A model generated the notes under the pieces. That model was given only the letters and a program-made list of their open reading frames with translations, was not told where the DNA came from and did no database searches. Of a stretch of DNA of 44,314 nucleotides, positions 10,126 through 17,981 are shown piece by piece; position 1 is the stretch's first letter; every line of letters begins with the position of its first letter. Origin of the DNA: Bacteroidales bacterium (GTDB lineage: Bacteria; Bacteroidota; Bacteroidia; Bacteroidales; S143-33). The stretch is from the NCBI GenBank assembly GCA_027031265.1, contig JALVRO010000097.1, positions 1 through 44,314 on the forward strand, written 5' to 3'. The translations under genes were made by a program, and so were the position numbers.

Positions 10126-10926
10126 ATGCAACAATATCTTGACTTGCTTCGCTATACTCTCGAAAACGGCGTCAAAAAAGAAGACCGTACAGGTGTAGGG
10201 ACAATCAGCACCTTTGGCCATCAGATGCGTTTTGACCTCTCAAAAGGTTTTCCCCTGCTCACCACCAAGAAGCTACACGTCAAATCTATTTTTTACGAAC
10301 TACTGTGGTTTATCCGTGGTGAAACCAATATTAAGTGGCTCAATGACCACGGAGTACACATCTGGGACCCATGGGCTGACGAAAATGGTGAATTAGGCAG
10401 AATCTATGGCTATCAATGGCGTGGATGGACAGCCGAGAACGGCAAGCGTATTGACCAGCTCAGGCAAGCTATAGAAACCATTCGCCACAACCCCACATCA
10501 CGCCGCATAATCGTTAGCGCATGGAACGTTGGAGACATGGACAAGATGGCTCTGCCTCCATGCCATATTCTTTATCAATTCTATGTCGACCCTGTAAACA
10601 AAAAACTCTCACTCCAGCTATACCAGCGCAGCGCTGACCTGTTTATTGGTGTACCTTTTAACATTGCTTCTTATTCCCTGCTGCTAATGATGGTAGCACA
10701 GGTGACAGGCTATACTCCGGGTGAGTTTATCCACACACTCGGCGACACACATATCTATCTGAACCACATAGACCAGGTAAAACTGCAGCTTACGCGCACT
10801 CCCAGACCTCTGCCACGTATCCGTCTAAACCCCGATGTTAAGTGTCTCTTTGACTTCCGCTATGAAGACATCACAATAGAAGGCTATGCCCCATGGCCAC
10901 ATATCAAAGGTGAGGTTGCCGTCTGA
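10126..10926 (+). CDS. thyA: Thymidylate synthase (ThyA type)
   Basis: 266 aa. [26 protein letters not shown], catalytic Cys in [27 protein letters not shown]. Confidence 0.97.
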   Translation: MQQYLDLLRYTLENGVKKEDRTGVGTISTFGHQMRFDLSKGFPLLTTKKLHVKSIFYELLWFIRGETNIKWLNDHGVHIWDPWADENGELGRIYGYQWRGWTAENGKRIDQLRQAIETIRHNPTSRRIIVSAWNVGDMDKMALPPCHILYQFYVDPVNKKLSLQLYQRSADLFIGVPFNIASYSLLLMMVAQVTGYTPGEFIHTLGDTHIYLNHIDQVKLQLTRTPRPLPRIRLNPDVKCLFDFRYEDITIEGYAPWPHIKGEVAV

Positions 10927-10980
10927 AAGATATAGCCGCCCCGACATCATGCTATATGCATGTGTACCGTCCCATAGCAA

Positions 10981-11547
10981 TCAGTCGTGGGCGGCTTCTT
11001 TTTTACTTCGTCTCAGCTGCCTGAGCCACAAATACCACATTAACAAAATCACAGAATAAACAATGTACTTGAAAATCAAGTGATGGTTAATGTCCAGATA
11101 ACGTGGACAACAGTATTGCGTTATGGCCAGGCCGCTTATCCTCAAAATATTTAACATCAAAAATACCAGCGTGCCAATAATCATTATTCCCCATTTGCGG
11201 CTCTTTCCTGATGGGTAGGCCAGAATGAATCCCAAAAAAAGTCCCAAAGTGTTCCGTCCCAGACATCCTCGGTCCAGGAGCACACCCTCATGCCCTTCAA
11301 TCCAAATTATTTTCCCCAGAGTATGTGCCTTGAACCCGATAAAATCGAGCAAAAACTCTGTTGTCCTGAGCTGTATAAGTGTCAGATAATAAATGCCTTC
11401 TTCGTACACATAATCTACAATCCAAAAATCTCTTAAAAATTTAAAAAACAACACCCACAGAATGTACAAAATCAAAATATTAATCAAAAATTTACCCCAA
11501 ATTGGTATTTTTGTCAGTCGCTCAGACACAGTATTAAATATCCGCAT
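10981..11547 (-). CDS. xrtF: Exosortase-family integral membrane transpeptidase, XrtF-like
   Basis: ~188 aa polytopic membrane protein with the exosortase Cys/Arg/His arrangement (DRGCLGRNT, LNILRISG, INHHLIF). The track ORF begins at TTG 11577; the first ATG is at 11547, which I use. Confidence 0.65.
   Translation of the reverse strand: MRIFNTVSERLTKIPIWGKFLINILILYILWVLFFKFLRDFWIVDYVYEEGIYYLTLIQLRTTEFLLDFIGFKAHTLGKIIWIEGHEGVLLDRGCLGRNTLGLFLGFILAYPSGKSRKWGIMIIGTLVFLMLNILRISGLAITQYCCPRYLDINHHLIFKYIVYSVILLMWYLWLRQLRRSKKEAAHD
11506..11513 (+). promoter_or_regulatory. Candidate -7 box for dtd, located inside the xrtF coding region
   Basis: TATTTTTG 46 nt upstream of the dtd ATG 11560. The xrtF/dtd spacer is only 12 nt, so any dtd promoter must sit inside xrtF. 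Confidence 0.3.
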
Positions 11548-11559
11548 AAAAACTTGATT

Positions 11560-12012
11560 ATGAGAGCAGTTATACAACGCGTCAACTACGCATCAGTACA
11601 CATTGAAGATAAGATATTTTCACAAATAAGCAAAGGCTTACTCGTGCTTGTGGGAATAGAACATCATGATACAGACCAGGACTGCCAGTGGATGGCACAC
11701 AAAATAGCCAATTTACGGATTTTTCCAGACGAACAGGGCAAGATGAACCTCTCTGTCAAAAATGTGCATGGCCAGGTTCTGGTCGTCAGCCAGTTTACTC
11801 TTCATGCCAGCACAAAGAAAGGTTTTCGTCCCTCATACACACATGCCGCCAAGCCAGATATTGCCATACCTTTATACAACAAATTCGTCACCTACCTCGA
11901 AAAAGAACTGGACAAAAAAGTCCCAACAGGACAATTCGGAGCTTATATGCGCATCTCCCTCGAAAACGACGGACCCGTGACCATAATTATTGATACAAAG
12001 AACAAGGAATAA
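11560..12012 (+). CDS. dtd: D-aminoacyl-tRNA deacylase
   Basis: MRAVIQRV start (the track start 11554 is TTG; the ATG is at 11560), SQFTL, and C-terminal NDGPVTIIID motif. ~150 aa. Confidence 0.95.
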   Translation: MRAVIQRVNYASVHIEDKIFSQISKGLLVLVGIEHHDTDQDCQWMAHKIANLRIFPDEQGKMNLSVKNVHGQVLVVSQFTLHASTKKGFRPSYTHAAKPDIAIPLYNKFVTYLEKELDKKVPTGQFGAYMRISLENDGPVTIIIDTKNKE

Positions 12013-12051
12013 TAGATATAGAAGAATAATGCAACAAACAAAATTAGACAT

Positions 12052-12084
12052 AAAGAGAGGCTGCCATAATGGCAGCCTCTCTTT
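12052..12084. terminator. Bidirectional intrinsic-terminator hairpin between convergent dtd and the small membrane gene
   Basis: aaagagaggctgcca / taa / tggcagcctctcttt: a perfect 15-bp stem with a 3-nt loop and A/T-rich flanks on both sides. Confidence 0.7.
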
Positions 12085-12106
12085 CGAAATAACAATAGCA
12101 GGACTA

Positions 12107-12418
12107 TTAAGCTTCTTTCTTACCAAGTGCTGCGAAACCGCAGATAGCTACGATAAGACCTACAATAATGCTGTTCCACATTGCACCCTGGCCAGAGAGT
12201 AAACTAGAAATGAATGCCGAGATAAACAGCCATACACCTGCCAGACCACTGAGCCAGCCCTGCCATTTCTTATTATCAGAAATCATCCAGAAGCCAATGA
12301 TAGCTACGAGAAGACCTACTATAATGTAGTCCCACATGAATGCCTTTGCAGACATTTTTACAAAGCCCAGTACAAACTGTAGCAAACCGAGAAGGCCTAC
12401 AACCCAACCTTTCCACAT
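12107..12418 (-). CDS. Small 4-TM membrane protein built from an internal tandem duplication (2 x ~51 aa)
   Basis: The two halves align: WKGWVVGLLGLLQFVLGF...MWDYIIVGLLVAIIGF against WQGWLSGLAGVWLFISAF...MWNSIIVGLIVAICGF. Hydrophobic periodicity fits two TM hairpins. I recognise no family. Confidence 0.55.
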   Translation of the reverse strand: MWKGWVVGLLGLLQFVLGFVKMSAKAFMWDYIIVGLLVAIIGFWMISDNKKWQGWLSGLAGVWLFISAFISSLLSGQGAMWNSIIVGLIVAICGFAALGKKEA

Positions 12419-12619
12419 AATTCTAAATTTTTAGGTTTGATTTTCAATTCCACCCTTATTTAGCCAAACTATGTGCCACAAACCGTAACACACTAAACTT
12501 CAACCATCTATACAAAACATTCATTAATCCAAACTCCAGTTTCTGGGCAATCCCGTTGCTCATGAAATCTTTAAAATAATAAAAATCAAATTCTTAATCT
12601 GTGAAATAATACTTCACAA

Positions 12620-14024
12620 TTATTGTCTAAACTTTTTCACATCAATCTTGTACTTTTGGATCAGATTATAGAGCTGGCGACGGTTGTAATGAGTAATCTC
12701 TGCAGCTCTGGCAATGTTACCTTTGGCTTCTAGCAAGACATTTATCAAAAAGCTATATTCCAGATTACTGTCAATTTTGCTATAATACTTTTTCTTGAGC
12801 AGTTGTAATTCTTCCTTAGTACGGGGTATGTTCTTGAGTTTTAGTTTGCTCTTGTTTACCTTATTAATGAAATCCACAGGCAGGCTATCCAACGTTAATG
12901 TACTATCATGTGCAAAGAGCATTGAATGAATAACTATATTCTCCAACTCGCGCACATTGCCTGGCCAGTCATATTGCTGGAAAAGACGAATGACCTCAGG
13001 GCTGACCTTATCAACTTTCTTTCCCACGTCAGCCTGATGCTTCTCGAGAAAATGCTTAACCAACAGCGGTACATCATCTTTTCTTTCCCTCAATGGAGGA
13101 ATTTTTATTCTAACGACCTTGAGCCGGTAATACAGGTCTTCGCGGAAATTACCCCTGGCCACTTCTTCCTCCAGATTACGGTTTGTAGCAGCTATGAATC
13201 GCACATCTGTCTTTATAGTCTTTGTTCCTCCCACACGTGTAAACTCCTGTGTTTCGAGCACGCGCAAAAGTTTCACCTGCATACTCTTGGGTAGCTCGCC
13301 TATTTCGTCCAGGAATAATGTGCCCTTGTCTGCCAGCTCGAACTTGCCTTTTTTCATTGCCACAGCACCTGTAAAGGCTCCTTTCTCATGGCCGAACAGC
13401 TCGCTTTCGATAAGTTGCTCCGCAATTAATACTCACGAAGGGCTTGTCAGCTCTGTCGCTTAGACGGTAGATAGTCCTGGCAAAAACTTCTTTTCCTGTG
13501 CCGCTCTCCCCCTCCAATAGCACTGTGACCTTAGTAGGAGCTACCTGTTTGAGCGCCTCGAGTAATTTTTTCATTTTGGTATTAATAGTAATAATCTCAC
13601 TGGTTCCTTCGTATTTTTGTAGCTTTTGTTTAAGTGTACGGTTTTCTTGAAGAACGTTGTTGTATTCAAGGGCTTTTTCTATGACTCTGGAGAGATGCTC
13701 TATATTAATAGGTTTCTGTATATAGTCATAGGCTCCCTGTTTGATTGTCTCTATAGCATTCTCTATGGAACCATAAGCAGTAAGCACAATAATGGGGAGT
13801 GTGGGATTTGTTCTTTTTATCTTCTGGATCAGCGTGTTTCCATCCATCTGTGGCATGCGTATATCCGTGATTACCAGATTCACAGGCTCAGATTCTAAAA
13901 TTTCCAAGGCTTTGCGGCCGCTGTTGGCTGTTCGCACATTGTATTTGTCCCGGAAATTTATCTTCAAAATATTTGTTATCCTCACTTCGTCGTCTACTAT
14001 AAGTATTGTTGGTTTAGCACTCAT
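12620..14024 (-). pseudogene. Sigma-54-dependent (NtrC-family) response regulator, interrupted by a frameshift inside the AAA+ domain
   Basis: ORF 13386..14024 encodes a REC domain (ILIVDDE, LVITDIRMP) plus Walker A GESGTGKE and ...FVSINCGA, then goes out of frame to a stop. ORF 12620..13363, in the next frame, reads back to [46 protein letters not shown] (GAFTGA, Walker B), and continues through GNVRELEN and a C-terminal Fis-type HTH ([23 protein letters not shown]). The junction is at about 13415..13421. Confidence 0.8.
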
Positions 14025-16122
14025 CTGGATTATGTTTTTTGGGTATTTTTATCACGAAACGTTTATAATATAAATGATTAAGCAATAGTATCTCTCCATC
14101 CATAGCCTTAGCAAGATTTTGTGATATTGCCAGACCAAGACCCGTGCCCTGCACCTTTGTAGTATAGAAAGGCTCAAAAATTTTCTCTCTTATCTGTGAG
14201 TCAATATCCTGTCCATTATCATGAATTACAAAGACGTAGCTATCCTCTGTGTCCTTGAGCAGGACCAGCAAGCGTCCTCTAAAACTATCTTTCTGCCGCA
14301 TCTTCTCGTCGATTGCATCCAGTGCGTTGTTTATCAAGTTGATAAAAATTTGGAGTAATAGGCCTTGGTCCAGTACAATCTGCTCTGTATTGACTTTATT
14401 AACCACTCTGTAGTCCACGCTCTCTGCCTTTGGATGATTAGCTATATAACTGTCCAACTTGCCTGCAAAATCAGAAACCGAGAAACATTCATAAACTGGA
14501 GATGGAGAGCGGGAAAATTGTAAAAGGTCATTGAGGATATTATTCAACCGCCGGGTCTCCTCTAAGATATATTTTTTGAGATCCTGCTGCTGGTCTGGTT
14601 CGAGTTCTTTGGACAATAGCGTTTGCGCAGCTACTGAGATAGTATTAAGAGGATTACGTATTTCATGTGCTATAGTCGAAGTCATGCGTCCTATAGTAGC
14701 CAGCTGCTCTATCTGGGCTTTTCGTTTTTCCTGGAACTTTATTAGACCAATAAGCTTATTACGTGAATATAGGCTTGACAGTTCGTTGACTAAAATCTTT
14801 ATTATCCTGATCTCCTCGAATGTGTAATTCTTTTCATTTTTCTTTTCACAAAGGATTATAAGAGCATCAACTTTGTTATTGTAAAACACTGGAAAAATAA
14901 GAGATGCTTTAACCTCTATAAGAAAATCATAACATTGTTTATCCACCACCTGTGGATCAAGACTATAAAATTCTATAACCCCTTTTAGTCTCTCCAGCAG
15001 ACTTGCCAGGAAACAATCAGTATTTAGCTTTAGCTTGTATCTATTCCTACAGTCTACAAAATGTGATTTTTTCTTAACCAGAATCACAACCTCCTGTGTG
15101 TCAAAATTCTGAACAACGAACTCAGAAATTTTAAATAACAATGTCTGATTATTATAAATCTTATATAGTTCATCGACAAATGCAATTGTGTGCTGCCTGA
15201 GCAATTCTATATTCCTATACAAAATCCTATCAATAAACTGCTGGATGCGAAACTTCAAAGGATAAATAAGCACAATAACAGAAAAGATCAACACAACTTC
15301 TATCCAGAAAGTTTTGATATTAAAGCTAATCCTCATCACATCAATCATCTCTCTAATCACCAGAAAATAGAATGTAGCTACAATACTCGACAATGCTATA
15401 TAGGCAAGACTTTCCTTGACAACAAACTCTGTACTGAATAGCTTATCCGATATTATCAAAAAATAAAAGAACCAGGGCGAGAGATAAAACAAAACCAGAT
15501 AAAACAAAGAACTAACACTACTGTGGCGACTAAAAATCAGAAGATAAAACAACACAATAAAAACAACCATACCTCCTGTAAAATAGACCAACTTAGCTCT
15601 CTCGCCCACTGATTTGGCTAATAACAGTTTTTGCACCAATTTTACCAGTGCCAGCTCATAAAAAACAACAGACAGACCCAGAAGTGCATAAAACTTCCAA
15701 CCTCTGACCAGATAAACATGATAAAAAAAGGCGCCATTGAGTTCCTGAATCGGATAAGCCTTTATCACAAAAACAGGCCCATCAATGGACAAAATAATCA
15801 GAGGAGAGAGGAGGATAATCAATATAGTCAAATCATTCAACTCTGGCTTTCGCACATAAGGCAAATAACAATCAATTATCACCAATAGCAGAGAGGGCAA
15901 TACAAATATTAAACTAAAAGCTGTCTGGTAATTCTGCACAATATGTGCTGACCCTGATTGGTTAAGAAGCAAAAACTCACTAAAATTCCAGAACACAAAC
16001 AGGAAAGCAAAAACAGAAAACCAACGCTTATCGCATGTTTTTTTCTCTGCCAGCAAACTAAGCAAAAAAATACTGGCATTTATCGTAAATGTGATAATTA
16101 CAGGTATAGACAGGACATTCAT
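14014..16122 (-). CDS. Sensor histidine kinase with a large polytopic N-terminal membrane sensor region
   Basis: 702 aa. About 8-10 hydrophobic helices in the first ~300 aa, a central GAF-like region, H-box STIAHEIRNPLN, N-box INLINNALDA, and G-boxes HDNGQDI and GTGLGLAISQ. Its stop overlaps the response-regulator start by 11 nt. Confidence 0.9.
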   Translation of the reverse strand: MNVLSIPVIITFTINASIFLLSLLAEKKTCDKRWFSVFAFLFVFWNFSEFLLLNQSGSAHIVQNYQTAFSLIFVLPSLLLVIIDCYLPYVRKPELNDLTILIILLSPLIILSIDGPVFVIKAYPIQELNGAFFYHVYLVRGWKFYALLGLSVVFYELALVKLVQKLLLAKSVGERAKLVYFTGGMVVFIVLFYLLIFSRHSSVSSLFYLVLFYLSPWFFYFLIISDKLFSTEFVVKESLAYIALSSIVATFYFLVIREMIDVMRISFNIKTFWIEVVLIFSVIVLIYPLKFRIQQFIDRILYRNIELLRQHTIAFVDELYKIYNNQTLLFKISEFVVQNFDTQEVVILVKKKSHFVDCRNRYKLKLNTDCFLASLLERLKGVIEFYSLDPQVVDKQCYDFLIEVKASLIFPVFYNNKVDALIILCEKKNEKNYTFEEIRIIKILVNELSSLYSRNKLIGLIKFQEKRKAQIEQLATIGRMTSTIAHEIRNPLNTISVAAQTLLSKELEPDQQQDLKKYILEETRRLNNILNDLLQFSRSPSPVYECFSVSDFAGKLDSYIANHPKAESVDYRVVNKVNTEQIVLDQGLLLQIFINLINNALDAIDEKMRQKDSFRGRLLVLLKDTEDSYVFVIHDNGQDIDSQIREKIFEPFYTTKVQGTGLGLAISQNLAKAMDGEILLLNHLYYKRFVIKIPKKHNPDEC

Positions 16123-16237
16123 CTCTCCCCTCTGCTAAATTCTTATACTAAAGTAAAGGTTTATTTGTGAAATAAACAATAGCTCTTCCAATTCTAATGC
16201 AATTAGGCTGCCCCAATAGTCAACATGCTAATAAATA

Positions 16238-16268
16238 AAAGAGGCTGCCCTCTTTGGACAGCCTCTTT
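16238..16268 (-). terminator. Intrinsic terminator ending the tsaC-pdxA-rhomboid-rhomboid transcription unit
   Basis: A 10-bp perfect stem aaagaggctg / cagcctcttt with an 11-nt loop, 14 nt after the rhomboid stop. On the minus strand it is followed by a T-rich tail (ttt tatttat). Confidence 0.65.
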
Positions 16269-16281
16269 ATTGTCAGTATCA

Positions 16282-17148
16282 TTAAAAGTCACGGGAATGA
16301 CGCTTGAGAAACTCCCTCTCCCTGCGCGTTAGACTGTTATAACCTTTACGTGATATTTTTTCTAGTATTCTATCCAGCTCCTGCTTTATTTCATGCCGGC
16401 GCTCATTCCACTCATAATCCTGTGGCCGGTAATCATTTTTATGCACCTTCATCCGCCCTTTTCGACGGAAACTAATATTTGTGAGAAACAGGGTTATATC
16501 CTTTCCCTGCTTGTACTTGAGAGCAAACCACACACCAAATAATGCCCCACCCAGATGTGATAAGTGACCACCTGGATTGTCCACTGTGAGCATAGACAGA
16601 TCATAGAGCACATACAAAGCACCTATCAACCAGAGCGGCACAGGTAAAATACCAAAAAGCATTACAATCTGCGTCGGCTTATAAACAGATACTGCCAGCA
16701 CAATGGCCGATACTGCTGCCGAAGCACCCAGCAGCACACTGGCATACCTATAAGGCGCAAAAACTGGGAATAGATTAAAGCCTGCTACATAAAACAACGC
16801 GCCCATCAAACCTCCAAGTAAATACACGCGCCACAACTCCTTCTGGCCAAAACTCATCACAAACATCAATCCCAGAAAATAAAGCCACAGCATATTTGCC
16901 AGCAGGTGCCAGAACCCTTCGTGCATAAACATATACGTCACCACTGTCCAGGGCTTGATCAGGATCTTCAATGGATTTGCTGGCAGGCTAAAGAAACGAA
17001 CAACTGCATCTGCCGCTCCCTGTGCGCCAAATAAGAATGCAAACAGTTTAATAATAGCAATGACAATAAAGACTGCCACATTGACAGTCAGAAGCTTATA
17101 TAAAACATTCATTCTCTTCCAGGTAAACTTAATATTATCCATAAGCAT
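16282..17148 (-). CDS. Rhomboid-family intramembrane serine protease with a charged C-terminal cytoplasmic tail
   Basis: HEGFWHLLANMLWLY, Ser motif LGASAAVSA (GxSA rather than GxSG), His motif HLSHLGGALFG. The ~70-aa tail ends ELDRILEKISRKGYNSLTRREREFLKRHSRDF. The track start 17202 overlaps the upstream gene; I use the first ATG that clears that gene's stop, at 17148 (MLMDNIKF). Confidence 0.8.
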   Translation of the reverse strand: MLMDNIKFTWKRMNVLYKLLTVNVAVFIVIAIIKLFAFLFGAQGAADAVVRFFSLPANPLKILIKPWTVVTYMFMHEGFWHLLANMLWLYFLGLMFVMSFGQKELWRVYLLGGLMGALFYVAGFNLFPVFAPYRYASVLLGASAAVSAIVLAVSVYKPTQIVMLFGILPVPLWLIGALYVLYDLSMLTVDNPGGHLSHLGGALFGVWFALKYKQGKDITLFLTNISFRRKGRMKVHKNDYRPQDYEWNERRHEIKQELDRILEKISRKGYNSLTRREREFLKRHSRDF

Positions 17149-17153
17149 TTGAT

Positions 17154-17969
17154 TTACTGCATTGTCCAGCCGCCATAACGTGGTCGTCCGCGGCGGTCCC
17201 AATACTTTATCAAAATATAGCCAAAAATCATACCGCCCAGATGTGCAAAGTGAGCGATATTATCACCTGGAATATTTGAAATACCATTGATTAATTCAAG
17301 CAATCCATAGCCTATCACAAAGTATTTTGCCTTGATGGGAACAGGGATAAAAATGATAAACAATGGCACATCAGGAAAGAGCATACCAAAGGCGAGCAAC
17401 AATCCAAATATAGCACCAGAGGCACCAACAATCGGTATATTCACTTTTGACTCAATGGCCTGACGGATAACTGGTATTACCTGCTGGGCAAACTGCGTGC
17501 TGTGAGGCACCAGTTCCCATTGCGACAGCAAAGCGCTTACCGCACGTGGATTGAAATATTGTGGATATTTTGAATAAAAACGCATAAAATGATCCAGGTC
17601 TGGGTAAGAAAGAAAAGCTTGTGCTGCTACAACAAAACGATGTATTTCGTACCATGATACTGCTGTGTGCAGGAAGGCTGCTCCAAAGCCTGTAATCAGA
17701 TAATAAACCAGAAAACGTTTAGGCCCCCACAACCGTTCCAGCACCGTCCCAAAGAGCCACAAAGCATACATATTAAACAGCAAATGGATAAAATTCGCAT
17801 GCATAAACATGTGGGTAACCACCTGGTAAAGACGGAAATATGGAGATGAAGGATAATGCAGTCCCATTATATTGATCAGATCAATACCAAAGGGCGACAG
17901 TATCCATGCCAGCACAAGCATGGCTGTGTTAATAATAAGCAAGTCCCGTACGACTGGGGTCATTCTCAT
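17154..17969 (-). CDS. Rhomboid-family intramembrane serine protease
   Basis: 271 aa. THMFMHANFIHLLFNMYALW, catalytic GASGAIFGLL, HFAHLGGMIFG. It carries a ~75-aa soluble insertion between the HxxxN helix region and the Ser helix. Confidence 0.85.
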   Translation of the reverse strand: MRMTPVVRDLLIINTAMLVLAWILSPFGIDLINIMGLHYPSSPYFRLYQVVTHMFMHANFIHLLFNMYALWLFGTVLERLWGPKRFLVYYLITGFGAAFLHTAVSWYEIHRFVVAAQAFLSYPDLDHFMRFYSKYPQYFNPRAVSALLSQWELVPHSTQFAQQVIPVIRQAIESKVNIPIVGASGAIFGLLLAFGMLFPDVPLFIIFIPVPIKAKYFVIGYGLLELINGISNIPGDNIAHFAHLGGMIFGYILIKYWDRRGRPRYGGWTMQ

Positions 17970-17981
17970 GATTGTACAACT

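Noticed and set aside
12600-12618. Hairpin tgtgaa-ataatac-ttcaca right after the response-regulator stop
   Set aside because: It has only a 6-bp AT-rich stem and is not convincing as a terminator.
13363-13450. Programmed ribosomal frameshift, or two genuine separate genes, for the split response regulator
   Set aside because: There is no slippery heptamer or downstream stimulatory structure at the junction. The break falls in the middle of the conserved AAA+ core between Walker A and GAFTGA, so neither half would be a functional domain. A deletion or sequencing error is the simpler explanation.
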